From an uncultured Gemmatimonadales bacterium (GTDB taxonomy: Bacteria; Gemmatimonadota; Gemmatimonadetes; Longimicrobiales; Gaopeijiaceae), in the NCBI GenBank assembly GCA_963809895.1, contig CAWELD010000003.1, forward strand, positions 128,001 through 192,000: a DNA stretch of 64,000 nucleotides, read 5' to 3'. Below, one piece after another: positions 9,742-21,072 of this stretch. How positions within the stretch are numbered: the stretch's first letter is position 1; each line of letters begins with the position of its first letter. The position numbers and the translations under genes were made by a program. Below the pieces are notes generated by a model that saw only the letters and a list, made by a program, of their open reading frames with translations, made no database searches and was not told where the DNA came from.

Positions 9742-10443
9742 ATGAGCGAGGTCATTCGAACGGAAGGGATCGTGAAGGACTACGTGCTGGGTGCGGAGAC
9801 GGTGCACGCGGTGCGGGGGGTGGATCTGCTGATCGGGCGGGGTGAGTTCGTGGCGGTGATGGGTCCGTCGGGATCGGGCAAGAGCACGTTCATGAACATC
9901 CTGGGGTGCCTGGATACGCCCACGGCGGGGAAGTACTGGCTGAACGGGCAGTTGGTGAGTGAGCTGAGGGACGACGACCTGGCGCGGGTGCGGAACCAGC
10001 TGATCGGGTTCGTCTTCCAGACCTTCAACCTTCTGCCGCGGGCGACGTGCCTGCACAACGTGGAGCTTCCGCTGATCTACGCGGGAATGAACGCGAAGGA
10101 GCGTCGGCGGCGGGCGGCGGAGAAGCTGGAGCTGGTGGGCCTCGGTGACCGGATGGAGCACAAGCCACCGGAGATCAGCGGCGGCCAGCGGCAGCGGGTG
10201 GCGGTGGCGCGGGCGCTGGTGAACGAGCCGGCGCTGCTGCTGGCCGACGAGCCGACGGGCAATCTGGATTCGGCGACCTCCGCCGAGATCATGGGGGTGT
10301 TGAGGGACCTGAACGACGAAGGACAGACCATCGTGCTGGTGACGCACGAGCACGACATCGCCGAATACGCCAAGCGGCAGGTCCACCTGCGCGACGGCGT
10401 CATCGAGAGTGATTTCATGAACGCGCCGTCCGGAGTGGTGTGA
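9742..10443 (+). CDS. ABC transporter ATP-binding protein (MacB/LolD type)
   Basis: [36 protein letters not shown]. Confidence 0.97.
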   Translation: MSEVIRTEGIVKDYVLGAETVHAVRGVDLLIGRGEFVAVMGPSGSGKSTFMNILGCLDTPTAGKYWLNGQLVSELRDDDLARVRNQLIGFVFQTFNLLPRATCLHNVELPLIYAGMNAKERRRRAAEKLELVGLGDRMEHKPPEISGGQRQRVAVARALVNEPALLLADEPTGNLDSATSAEIMGVLRDLNDEGQTIVLVTHEHDIAEYAKRQVHLRDGVIESDFMNAPSGVV

Positions 10444-11885
10444 CGATGAAGCGACCGACCTTGGGCATCTTGCTGCTGGCCGTGGCGGCCTGCGGCTCCG
10501 GAGAGTCCGCCGAAGCACCTGCGATCCAGACCGTCACTCCCACGCAGGGCGACCTGCGGATCACGGCGGAGGCGACGGGGACGGTGGAGCCGATCCGGCG
10601 GGTGGAAGTGAAGTCGAAGGCGTCGGGCGAGATCCTGAAGCTGCACGCGGACGTGGGCGACGAAGTCCAGCCGGGCACGCTGTTGGCAGAGGTGGATCCG
10701 CGCGACGTGCAGAACGCCTTCGACCAGGCGAACGCGGACCTGGGGGTGGCGAAGTCGCGGGCGGAGATCTCGAAGCAGCAGCTGGAGCGTCAGAAGGAGC
10801 TGCTGGCGGCGGGCGTGATCACGCAGCAGGAGCTGGAGTCGGCGACGCTGGACGAAGCCAACTCACAGGCGACACTGGTCAAGGCACAGACGAACTTCGA
10901 TCTGGCGCAGCTGCGCATGAACGACGTGACGATCCGGGCGCCGCTGGCGGGGACGATCCTGGAGCGGAACGTGGAGGAGGGGACGGTCATCCAGTCGGCG
11001 TCGCAGAACGTGAGCGGCGGCTCGGTGCTGTTCGTGATGGCCACGCTGGAAGCGATGCAGGTGCGCACGCTGGTGGACGAAACGGACATGGGCGAGTTGC
11101 GGGCAGGCATGCCCTCCACGGTGACGGTGGAGGCCTACCCGGACCGGACCTTCCAGGGTGCGGTGGAGAAGATCGAGCCCCAGGCCGAGGTGCAGCAGAA
11201 CGTGACCATGTTCCCGGTGATCGTGTCGCTGGACAACCGCAACGGGCTGCTGAAGCCGGGCATGAACGCCGAGGTGGAGATCCTCATCGATCAGGCCACC
11301 GACGTGATGCTCGTGCCCAACACCGCCATCGTGAACATGCAGGACGTGGGCCCGGCCGCCATGGCCCTGGGTCTCGATCCCGACAAGATCGACATGACGC
11401 AGTTCCAACGACGACGTCCGGGTGCGCGGGCGGGCGGCGATTCGGCCGCCGCGGGTGCGCCGGGCGCCAATCCGCGGCTCGATTCCCTGCGGGCCAAGGT
11501 CCAGAGCGGTGAGATCTCACAGGACTCGTTGCGCGCCGTCATGAGCAGCCTGCGCGGACAGCGTGGCCAGGGTGCCCCGGGCCAGCGCGGAGCCGGCGCG
11601 GGTGGCTTCGGCGCCAGGAATGGCGGTGCCATGGCCTCGGGCGCGGTGCCCACCATGGAGCCTCGGCCGGCCGCCGTCTTCGTCGTGAACGCCCAGGGGG
11701 TGCCGGAGCCGCGCATGGTCACCATCGGTCTCAACGACTGGGACAATACGCAGGTGGTGGCGGGCCTGAACGGCGACGAGCGGCTGGCGGTCATCGGAGC
11801 GGCACAGCTCCAGGCCCAGCAGCAGGAGTTCCTGAGCCGGATGCGCGAGCGCTCGGGGGGCAGCCCGTTCGGCGGACGGCGCTGA
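10440..11885 (+). CDS. Periplasmic adaptor (MacA/HlyD-like) lipoprotein
   Basis: Lipobox [35 protein letters not shown]. Confidence 0.93.
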   Translation: MTMKRPTLGILLLAVAACGSGESAEAPAIQTVTPTQGDLRITAEATGTVEPIRRVEVKSKASGEILKLHADVGDEVQPGTLLAEVDPRDVQNAFDQANADLGVAKSRAEISKQQLERQKELLAAGVITQQELESATLDEANSQATLVKAQTNFDLAQLRMNDVTIRAPLAGTILERNVEEGTVIQSASQNVSGGSVLFVMATLEAMQVRTLVDETDMGELRAGMPSTVTVEAYPDRTFQGAVEKIEPQAEVQQNVTMFPVIVSLDNRNGLLKPGMNAEVEILIDQATDVMLVPNTAIVNMQDVGPAAMALGLDPDKIDMTQFQRRRPGARAGGDSAAAGAPGANPRLDSLRAKVQSGEISQDSLRAVMSSLRGQRGQGAPGQRGAGAGGFGARNGGAMASGAVPTMEPRPAAVFVVNAQGVPEPRMVTIGLNDWDNTQVVAGLNGDERLAVIGAAQLQAQQQEFLSRMRERSGGSPFGGRR

Positions 11886-11943
11886 GCCTTCGAACGGCAC
11901 CACATCGAGCGCAACCCTTCCCGCATCGACGACGGAGTTCCCC

Positions 11944-13161
<1,218 letters not shown>

Positions 13162-13167
13162 AGTGGA

Positions 13168-14286
13168 TCAGCGCGGCAGGACCAACTCCACGGGCTGGCC
13201 GCGCCGCACCACCTGAAGCGTGAGCGGCGGTCCGTTCTGGGCAAGGATGCCCCGGAAGGCGCCCACCGACGCCACGGGTTGCCCGGCGGCCGCGCGAATC
13301 ACGTCGCCCGGCTGAAGCCCCGCGCTGCGAGCGGGGGTGCCCTCCACCACCTCCACCACCAGAAGGCCGGCATCCACCCCGAAATACGCACCCATCCCGG
13401 GTGCGATGGGCGCGAGCTCGGCACCGGCCACACGATTGGCTCCTGCCAGGTACGGCGTGAGCGGTCGCCAGGTGGCTGAAGCCGACGCTTCGACCGACGG
13501 GTCGTCCCGGCTCTGCGAGCGGTTGGGAGCGTTGGCGCGCTGGAGCACCCCGCCCAGCGGGGGCAGGGCCTCCGAGTCGGCGGTCATCCCGCTCCAGTAG
13601 CGGAGGGTGATGGTTCCCCCAGCCCATCCGTCGGGCAGCCGCACCACGGACCCGTCGGGCTGTCTCAGCACCACGACCGTCGTGATGGAATCACCATCCA
13701 CGCGCTGGACGTGCACCTGGGGCGCGCTGGCGAAGACGGTCATGCTGTCGGCGGATCTCATGCGGGTGCGCAGGGAGTCCAGGCGCTGCATGAAGGCGAC
13801 GCGCACGGAGTCGAGTCGGACCTGTACGCCCAGGCGCCGCACATCGGCCCGGTCCGGGCCCGCGCTGGCCTTCAGCGCCAGGTCCACCATCCGCCCCGAG
13901 CGGAGCACCGTCAGGGCCAGGGGATCGCCGGCCCGCAACCGGGTGACCACGCTCCGGAACGTCGAGTAGGCAGCCGGCGATCCGTTCAACCGCACGATCA
14001 CGTCGCCAGGCCGGAGGCCGCCCTGATCCGCCGGTCCGCCGCCGTACAGATCGGTCACGAACAGGCGTACCCCGTCCACCGCCCCCGGAGTCTCCTCGGG
14101 CACGGCCTGGACCTGCAGCGTCAGCCCCAGCCATCCAGGGACCGCCGCCTCGGCGGGGGTCGCCGGCGAGCTCTGGGCGAGCAGCCCCGGCGTGACGGCG
14201 GGGAGCCCCGACGCGGTGGCGAGGGCGAGCAGGGCGACGAGACCCCTGCCGGCCTGGAGCGAGGCGGCACGTGCGCGACACGTCAT
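13168..14286 (-). CDS. Exported protein with two PDZ domains
   Basis: Signal peptide; GWLGL...PADQGGLRPGDVI and PARSAGLQPGDVI PDZ motifs; no protease domain seen. Confidence 0.85.
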   Translation of the reverse strand: MTCRARAASLQAGRGLVALLALATASGLPAVTPGLLAQSSPATPAEAAVPGWLGLTLQVQAVPEETPGAVDGVRLFVTDLYGGGPADQGGLRPGDVIVRLNGSPAAYSTFRSVVTRLRAGDPLALTVLRSGRMVDLALKASAGPDRADVRRLGVQVRLDSVRVAFMQRLDSLRTRMRSADSMTVFASAPQVHVQRVDGDSITTVVVLRQPDGSVVRLPDGWAGGTITLRYWSGMTADSEALPPLGGVLQRANAPNRSQSRDDPSVEASASATWRPLTPYLAGANRVAGAELAPIAPGMGAYFGVDAGLLVVEVVEGTPARSAGLQPGDVIRAAAGQPVASVGAFRGILAQNGPPLTLQVVRRGQPVELVLPR

Positions 14287-14296
14287 GGCGCGAGCC

Positions 14297-14983
14297 TCAG
14301 TACCAGTCCAGTCCCTGACTCGCCGACTTGGCCCATTCCTGGCGGGCCGCTTGCCGCTCCGCCAGGGTGGAGGCGAGCAGACCGTTCAGGAACGGATCGG
14401 CCGGTGCCTGCTGCATGGCGGCCTGGGTCGCGGCAACCAGGTACTCCAGCGCCGCGTAGCGCGCTTCGGGGTCGCCGATGGCCTCGTCTCCGTTCTCGGC
14501 GTCCAGCATCTGCCGATATCGGATGAGCGCGTCCATGTACTGACGTTCGGCCATGCGCACCACTTCGGCTGCTTCGTCGACCGACGAGGCGTCGGAGGCC
14601 TGGGCAAAGGGCGACGCTGGCGACCGGGAGCTCGAACCCAGCAGCGGCGCCGCCGGTCCGCGGGCCAGCGCCAGCCCGGTTCCCGTGCCGCCCACGAAGA
14701 GCACGATGGCGGCGGCGATCTTCATCCAGCCCGGCGTGTTGCCGATGGTCTCGAGGCGCGTGGCGCTACGCACGAGGCCCTCACTCACCAGATGGGCTTC
14801 CAGCGTTTCCCAGGCCCCTCGCGGGGGCCGCAGGTCTGCCAGGCCCCCCAGGGCGGCCGTCTGATCCTTCAGGGCCTCGAGCTCGGCGGCGCAGGCCGCG
14901 CACTCCGCCACATGCGTGGCTTCGTCCGCGGTCGCCTGCTCATCCACCAGCCGGGCCAGTGTTTCCGTGGTCAGATGCTCCAT
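14297..14983 (-). CDS. Zinc-binding (ZAS) membrane anti-sigma factor
   Basis: HVAECAAC (HxxxCxxC), one TM helix, overlaps the sigma gene. Confidence 0.88.
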   Translation of the reverse strand: MEHLTTETLARLVDEQATADEATHVAECAACAAELEALKDQTAALGGLADLRPPRGAWETLEAHLVSEGLVRSATRLETIGNTPGWMKIAAAIVLFVGGTGTGLALARGPAAPLLGSSSRSPASPFAQASDASSVDEAAEVVRMAERQYMDALIRYRQMLDAENGDEAIGDPEARYAALEYLVAATQAAMQQAPADPFLNGLLASTLAERQAARQEWAKSASQGLDWY

Positions 14984-15537
14984 GCTTCCACTCCTGCTCC
15001 ATCTCCTGCGTCCTGCGTGGTGGCCGGGGTCAACAGATCGCGCATGCGGGCCCGGGCCTTGAAGAGCTGGGACTTGGACGTGCCCGAGGTGACCCCCAGG
15101 ACGTCGCCGATCTCCTCGTGGGTGTATCCTTCGACGTCATGCAGGATCAGCACCTGGCGCATGCCGTCGGGGAGGCGATCGAGCGCCCACTCCAGGCGCT
15201 GCTCCAACAGGGCGTCCCCACGGGCCGGCCCCACGGGGATGGTGTCCGGCATGGGCGCCTCCCGCTTCTGGCGGGTCTCCGCCTTTCGGAGCGCCTGCAG
15301 CGCCGAGTTCACCGCGATCCGGTGGAGCCAGGTGGAGAAGCGCGCGTCGCCGCGGAAGGACGGCAGGGCGCGGATGGCCCGGATCCACGCCTCCTGGGCG
15401 TAGTCCTGGGCCAGGTCGTCGTCTCCGGCGATCCGACGCACGACGGCGTAGACCCGGGGCGCGTACCGCTCGTAGAGCGCCCGCACGGCCTGCCCGTCGC
15501 CCAGACACGCCCGTCGAACGAGTTGTGTTTCACTCAC
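14971..15537 (-). CDS. ECF RNA polymerase sigma factor
   Basis: LAQDYAQEAW, FRGDARFSTWLHRIAVN, LHDVEGYTHEEI, TSKSQLFKAR. Confidence 0.95.
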   Translation of the reverse strand: MSETQLVRRACLGDGQAVRALYERYAPRVYAVVRRIAGDDDLAQDYAQEAWIRAIRALPSFRGDARFSTWLHRIAVNSALQALRKAETRQKREAPMPDTIPVGPARGDALLEQRLEWALDRLPDGMRQVLILHDVEGYTHEEIGDVLGVTSGTSKSQLFKARARMRDLLTPATTQDAGDGAGVEAWSI

Positions 15538-15576
15538 CGCGTCATCGTCCCGAGCTCGAGTTGCGTGACGTCGTTC

Positions 15577-15608
15577 CTGAGATGCTTCGGGCGGCTTCGG
15601 GGGTTGCC
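15577..15608 (-). promoter_or_regulatory. Possible ECF-type autoregulatory promoter
   Basis: GCAACC-N16-GCATCT on the minus strand about 40 nt upstream of the sigma start. Confidence 0.4.
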
Positions 15609-15757
15609 CGGCTCGCCGGTTTGCCCCCGATCTACCACGCGAGCCCCCGACAGGTGCCCGTACCCCTCGCGGCGCGGAGGCTCACGACGCACTTTGAGGC
15701 CCGGCTCGCCGTCGCGCGAGCCTCGTCTTCCTTCAGAATCGAACCTGGCTGACTGTC

Positions 15758-16960
15758 ATGCCTGCATCGTCTTCTCCGGCTCCGCGCATGCCCGGAGCCT
15801 CGCATCTGGAGTGTACCGCCACCGGCGAGCGCTTCGAAAGCGAACGCCTCATGGGCCTGTCACCGGCCGGCAAGCCCCTGTTCGCCCGCTACGACCTCGA
15901 GGCCATCCGTGGCGCGTTTCGCCCCGATGTGCTCCCGGGCCGCTCGTCGGACATGTGGCGCTACGCCGAAGTGCTCCCGGTTCGCGACCCGGCCGCCCGG
16001 GTCTCGTTGGGCGAAGGGTGGACCCCCATGCTGGACGCGCCGCGCCTTGCGGACCGCGTCGGGGTGGGACGCCTGTGGGTGAAGGACGAGGGTCAGAATC
16101 CCACCGGTAGCTTCAAGGCCCGGGGTCTGGGGATGGCGGTGTCCCGGGCGGTCGAGCTGGGCGCCGAGGCCGTGGCCCTGCCATCGGCGGGCAACGCCGG
16201 TGGCGCCGCGGCAGCCTACGGAGCGGCCGCGGGCATCCCCGTGCACGTGGTGGTGCCGCAGGACACGCCCCGGCCCATCATCGAAGAGATTCGTGCCCTG
16301 GGGGCCGACCTCCAGCTCCTGGACGGGCTCATCACCGATTGTGGCCGGGTCGTGAAGAAGGGGGTGGAAGAGAAGGGGTGGTTCGACCTCTCCACCCTGA
16401 AGGAGCCGTACCGGGTGGAGGGAAAGAAGACCATGGGGTACGAGGTCTTCGAGCAGCTCGGGGGGCGTCTGCCCAGCGCCATCCTCTATCCCACCGGCGG
16501 TGGCACCGGCCTCATCGGCATGTGGAAGGCGTTCGACGAGATGGAGGAGCTGGGCTGGATCGGCTCGGAGCGGCCGCGCATGTACTCGGTCCAGGCCGAG
16601 GGATGTGCGCCCATGGTGCGCGCGTTCGAGGCCGGCGCGGACCACGCGACGCCCTGGGAGGGTGCGCACACCTACGCGTCGGGGCTGCGGGTCCCGGGGG
16701 CCGTGGGGGATTTCCTCATCCTGCGGGCGCTGCGTGAGTCCGGGGGTGGTGCGGTGGCGATCCCGGATCGCGCCATGGCCGAGTGGGTGGGTGTGCTGGG
16801 CGCCGCCACCGGGGTCTTCGCCGCGCCGGAAGGGGGAGCGGTGGCCGCCGCCGCCGCGCGCCTCCGGGAGCGCGGGGAGCTGGGCGACGACGACGAGGTG
16901 GTGCTCTTCAACACCGGAAGCGGCCTCAAGTACGTGGGGATGGAGCCCGAGGTCTCCTGA
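15758..16960 (+). CDS. thrC: Threonine synthase
   Basis: SLGEGWTP, NPTGSFKARG (PLP Lys), SAGNAG, EGKKTMG, PTGGGTG, NTGSGLKY; alternative start 15788. Confidence 0.88.
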   Translation: MPASSSPAPRMPGASHLECTATGERFESERLMGLSPAGKPLFARYDLEAIRGAFRPDVLPGRSSDMWRYAEVLPVRDPAARVSLGEGWTPMLDAPRLADRVGVGRLWVKDEGQNPTGSFKARGLGMAVSRAVELGAEAVALPSAGNAGGAAAAYGAAAGIPVHVVVPQDTPRPIIEEIRALGADLQLLDGLITDCGRVVKKGVEEKGWFDLSTLKEPYRVEGKKTMGYEVFEQLGGRLPSAILYPTGGGTGLIGMWKAFDEMEELGWIGSERPRMYSVQAEGCAPMVRAFEAGADHATPWEGAHTYASGLRVPGAVGDFLILRALRESGGGAVAIPDRAMAEWVGVLGAATGVFAAPEGGAVAAAAARLRERGELGDDDEVVLFNTGSGLKYVGMEPEVS

Positions 16961-16984
16961 GGGCTCGCGTCGCCCGCACGCCGG

Positions 16985-17482
16985 TCAGCGGCTGAGCCAG
17001 CGGTAGGAGATCCCCGGGAGCGGGACCAGGCGACGATTGAGGGGCGTGTCGTCTTCCGGGTCGGTGCGGCGGACCCAGAGCGCCCGGTTGATGTTGAGGT
17101 CCATCGTCAGGTAGTGGTTGGTGCGCACCCGCCAGTCGGCGCCCACCGGCGCACGTACCACGAGGGCGAGGCCCGGCCGCTCGCCTTCGGGCGTGGCCAG
17201 GATCCCCCAGAGTCCGATCCCCACCACCGGGCGGAGCGCCGACACGCCGAAGTACTGGCGGCGCACCAGCGAGACGCTCAGGTCGCGAAAGGACCAGGTT
17301 CCCAGCGTCAGGTCCGTGCTGCCGTGGCCGTCCACGTACTCCACGACCAGCCCCACGGTGCTCACGCCTCCCAGCGACAGCCCCAGACGGACCGTGTTGG
17401 CTGCCTGGGCCCGCGCGTGAACGGGCGCCAGCGCCAGGGCGAGCGCCCCGGCCAACGCCAGGGTGGAGGTCGTAGCGCGCAT
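16985..17482 (-). CDS. Exported protein, probable small outer-membrane beta-barrel
   Basis: Signal peptide (ARA), amphipathic beta-strands, terminal ISYRW. Confidence 0.7.
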   Translation of the reverse strand: MRATTSTLALAGALALALAPVHARAQAANTVRLGLSLGGVSTVGLVVEYVDGHGSTDLTLGTWSFRDLSVSLVRRQYFGVSALRPVVGIGLWGILATPEGERPGLALVVRAPVGADWRVRTNHYLTMDLNINRALWVRRTDPEDDTPLNRRLVPLPGISYRWLSR

Positions 17483-19549
17483 TCAGCCACCCCGGTCGAC
17501 GGTCAGCGACAGCCCCATGCGCAACTGACGTCCCGGTCCGGGCTCGAAGAACCTGCCGCCGAAAGCGTTGGGCACCACCGACGCGACCCACGATTCGCCG
17601 AACAGGTTGTCGAGGGCCACGAACGGCGACACGCCCAGGGCCCCGAGAGGGATCCCGTCGGCGCCGACGCGCACGCCGACCACGGTGTAGGCCGGCGCCT
17701 CCGTGGTGTTGGCGTCGTCCACCGGCATGGCATCGCTCCACACCAGGTCGGCACCGGCGAACCAGCGGCCCCTCGCGAAGCGCGCGTCGGCCTCGATCCG
17801 GTTCGGGGAACGGCCCGGAAGCCGGTCGCCGGGCTGGGCATCGCCGGCGGCCGAGCGGAAGCGGGCGTCCACCTTCGTGTAGGCCGCGCGGGCCGAGAAG
17901 CCGCCGGGCAGGACGGCCCTCAGCGTGGCTTCGACACCCTGGTGACGAGAGCGCCCGGCATTGCGGTAGAACGTCCGTCCGGGCGCCTGGGGGACCTCGA
18001 AGGGCACGAGCTCGTCGCGCAGGGTGGTCCGGAAGCCCACCAGCTCCCATCCCAGCCAGCCTCCGGCCTCGCCACGCAGCCCTCCCTCGAGCGTCCACCC
18101 CCGGGTCGGCTCGAGCTCGGCGTTGAAGCCGCCGGCTCCGTCGGGTCGGTTGGCCAGCTCGGTGGTGGTGGGCGTTTCCAGAAAGCTCGAGGTGGAGGCG
18201 AAGAGCGCCGCCTGCGCACCCAGGGGGACCAGGGCTCCCAGCGAGGGGCTCCACGCCGTCAACGTGCGCGCGCCCGAGTCGTCGGGATCCGAAGCCGTGT
18301 AGTGGTCGTCCACGGCGAACCGGACGCGGTCGTGGCGCAGCGCCGCCTGCAGCGACACCGGGCCCACGTCGCCACCCAGGTGCGCGTGTACGCCGAGCGC
18401 CCTCACGTTCTCTCGCTGATCCAGGGTCAGGGCGCCTTCCGTGCCCCCGTCGTTCTCGTGATTGGTACGGTCGTCGCGCATGGCCTCCAGGTCCACGCCG
18501 GCACCCCACTGGAACCTTCCGCGCCGTCCCGTGAGCGCCACCCGGGCGCCGCCCGCCAGACGGTCGACGCCGACGATGTCGCTGGGGATCGGATTCCTCA
18601 GGTCCCGCCGGATTCCCCAGCCCGCCACCTCGCCGTCGAGGGTAGCCAGTGGGCCCTTCCATGCCACACCCACCTGTCCCTGACGCACCGTCTTGCCCGC
18701 CCCTTGCCGCACGTTGAAGCCCCAGGCCGAGCGATCGGGGTCACCGAGGCTGTCCAGCGGTAGCGAGCCCGGGTTCTCGGCGTCCAGGTCGACCCCGGCC
18801 ACCGACACGTCCAGCCTGCCCCCGGCCAGGGCACGCCGGTGGTGGGCGTCCAGCGTCCAGCGGCTGGCCGCCCCGTAGGTGCCGCCGTTCACCGGATCGC
18901 TCCGGAAGCCGTCGTAATCCATGCGGCTCAGCGAGGCCAGCGTGCCCGAGCCGTCCGGGTGCCCGTCCTCGACCACCAATCCCCCCTCCACCAGCCCCGC
19001 GCTCCCTCCCACACCCCGCGCCGTCAGCCGCGGGCCTCCGGGAGCCGGATGACGGGTCTCCAGGAGGAGCACGCCGCCGGCTCCGTTGCCGTAGAGCGCC
19101 GATCCGGGTCCGCGGAGCAGTTGCACCCGTCCCAGGAGGGCGGGATCCAGGTGATCCAGGGTGCTCTGCCCGTCGGGGAGCGTCGCCGGGATGCCGTCGA
19201 CGAGCACCCGCAGGCCCCGGATCCCGAACTGGGCCCGGGCGCCGAACCCCCGCACGGCCACGCGCTCGCCCACGGCGAAATTGTAGCGGTTCTGGATCTG
19301 CAGACCTGGGATGGCGACCAGGGCATCGGAGAGGAAGACGCCGGTGCGTCCCTGCCGCAACGCCACCCCGTCGAGTCCCGATACCGCGAACGGCGTGCGT
19401 GCTCCCGCCAGCGAGGAGCGAAGTACCTCCACGGTGAGGGGTGGAATCTGCACCACGCTGTCGGGCGCCTGCGCGCCCAGCGCGTGCGTGGCGAGCAGCG
19501 CCAGGGCGGGCACGAGACTCGCGAACCGTAGCGAACGAAAGGGCTTCAT
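17483..19549 (-). CDS. TonB-dependent receptor
   Basis: Signal peptide; plug motifs RGFGAR..FGIRG..DGIP and LRGPGSALYGNGAGG; C-terminal FFEPGPGR. Confidence 0.95.
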   Translation of the reverse strand: MKPFRSLRFASLVPALALLATHALGAQAPDSVVQIPPLTVEVLRSSLAGARTPFAVSGLDGVALRQGRTGVFLSDALVAIPGLQIQNRYNFAVGERVAVRGFGARAQFGIRGLRVLVDGIPATLPDGQSTLDHLDPALLGRVQLLRGPGSALYGNGAGGVLLLETRHPAPGGPRLTARGVGGSAGLVEGGLVVEDGHPDGSGTLASLSRMDYDGFRSDPVNGGTYGAASRWTLDAHHRRALAGGRLDVSVAGVDLDAENPGSLPLDSLGDPDRSAWGFNVRQGAGKTVRQGQVGVAWKGPLATLDGEVAGWGIRRDLRNPIPSDIVGVDRLAGGARVALTGRRGRFQWGAGVDLEAMRDDRTNHENDGGTEGALTLDQRENVRALGVHAHLGGDVGPVSLQAALRHDRVRFAVDDHYTASDPDDSGARTLTAWSPSLGALVPLGAQAALFASTSSFLETPTTTELANRPDGAGGFNAELEPTRGWTLEGGLRGEAGGWLGWELVGFRTTLRDELVPFEVPQAPGRTFYRNAGRSRHQGVEATLRAVLPGGFSARAAYTKVDARFRSAAGDAQPGDRLPGRSPNRIEADARFARGRWFAGADLVWSDAMPVDDANTTEAPAYTVVGVRVGADGIPLGALGVSPFVALDNLFGESWVASVVPNAFGGRFFEPGPGRQLRMGLSLTVDRGG

Positions 19550-19716
19550 GGGCTCCGAGACGGGGTCGGGGCTGGGGGACTCGAAGACGTGCCCCGGGAC
19601 ACGAACGCCCAATGTATCGCCGCAGGAGCGCGCCTACACCCCCCGTGCGTGAGGCGAACGGGGCCGGTAGCTTCTGCAGCGCTCCGGATCGCCGCCCGAC
19701 TCGCCCGAGGATCGCC

Positions 19717-21060
19717 ATGTCCGCTGGACCGCCCGCACCGCTTTCTCCGGACGTGTTCCGACGTCGCCGGGACCAGGTGAGGCAACGGCTGGGCGACGGC
19801 GCCATGGTGCTTCCGGCGGCCCCGGTGCGGTACCGCTCGCGCGACACCGAATATCCCCATCGACCGGACAGCGAGCTGTACTGGGTCACCGGGGTCACCG
19901 AGCCCGACGCAGTGGCGGTGATCCGGGGACCCGAGGCGGAGCCGGGCTTCGTGCTCTTCGTCCGCGAGCGGGACGCCGAAGCCGAGCTGTGGGCGGGCCC
20001 GCGCCTGGGCCCGGACGCGGCGGCCGAACGCTTTGGAGCCGACGAGGCGTACCCCGTCTCGGAGCTGGCGGCTCGCCTGCCCGCGCTCCTGTCCGACGTG
20101 CCGGAGATCTGGTTCCGCCTGGGCCGACACCCCCGCGTGGAGACGGACGTGGTAGCGGCCCTGGCGCGGGCGCGGCTTCGTGGACCCCGCAAGGGAACGG
20201 GACCCCGCGCCGTCCGCGACCCGGGGTCGGTGCTGGACGACCTCCGTCTCCGGAAGGACGCCCGGGAGCTGGACCTCATGCGGCGGGCCGCCGACGTCAC
20301 CGTGGCGGCGTTCCGGGCCCTGGCGGCTCGCCTGCGCCCGGGGATCGGTGAGTGGGAGCTTCAGGGAGTCCTCGAGGGTGCGTTTCGAGCCGGCGGCGGG
20401 GAGGGATCCGCCTACGAGCCCATCGTCGCGTCGGGCGCCAACGCCTGCGTGCTCCACTACGTGGCCAACGACCGCCGCACGGAGAGCGACGAGCTGGTGC
20501 TGGTGGATGCCGGTGCGTCGCTGGGGCTCTACGCCGCGGACCTCACGCGAACGCTGCCGGTGTCGGGCCGATTCGGGCCGGATCAGGCGGCCCTGTACGA
20601 CATCGTGGAGTCGGCGCGGCACGCGGCCGTGGAGGCCGTCGCACCGGGGGCCACGGTCGCCGCCGTGCACGAGGCCGCCCTGCAGGTCATCGCCGAGGGA
20701 CTGGTGGCGCTGGATCTGGCGCCGGGCCCCCCGGAAGACGTGATTTCCACCGAGGCCTACAAGCCCTTCTTCCCGCACCAGACGTCACACTGGCTCGGAT
20801 TGGACGTCCACGACCCGGGGGACTACGCCCGGGACGGGGCGTCGCGTGTCCTGGAGCCCGGCATGGTGCTGACCGTGGAGCCGGGGATCTACGTGGGGCC
20901 GGGTGCGCTCGAAGCCGCCGGCGACGCGGCCCGACGCTTTCTGGGAACGGGCATCCGCGTGGAGGACGATGTGGTGGTCACCGAGGGCGGGCGGGAGATC
21001 CTCACCCGTGGGTTCCCTTCGGATCGTCGGAAGATCGAGGCGCTGCTCTCCGGGGAGTGA
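19717..21060 (+). CDS. pepP: Xaa-Pro aminopeptidase
   Basis: AMP_N domain, LHY, VDAG..YAADLTRT, HWLGLDVHD, TVEPG, GIRVEDD. Confidence 0.93.
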   Translation: MSAGPPAPLSPDVFRRRRDQVRQRLGDGAMVLPAAPVRYRSRDTEYPHRPDSELYWVTGVTEPDAVAVIRGPEAEPGFVLFVRERDAEAELWAGPRLGPDAAAERFGADEAYPVSELAARLPALLSDVPEIWFRLGRHPRVETDVVAALARARLRGPRKGTGPRAVRDPGSVLDDLRLRKDARELDLMRRAADVTVAAFRALAARLRPGIGEWELQGVLEGAFRAGGGEGSAYEPIVASGANACVLHYVANDRRTESDELVLVDAGASLGLYAADLTRTLPVSGRFGPDQAALYDIVESARHAAVEAVAPGATVAAVHEAALQVIAEGLVALDLAPGPPEDVISTEAYKPFFPHQTSHWLGLDVHDPGDYARDGASRVLEPGMVLTVEPGIYVGPGALEAAGDAARRFLGTGIRVEDDVVVTEGGREILTRGFPSDRRKIEALLSGE

Positions 21061-21072
21061 CGCGGGCGCCGC

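Noticed and set aside
19550..19716. Cobalamin riboswitch upstream of the TonB receptor (also considered for nrdJ)
   Set aside because: No recognisable B12-box or conserved core seen by eye; an Rfam/Infernal scan would be decisive
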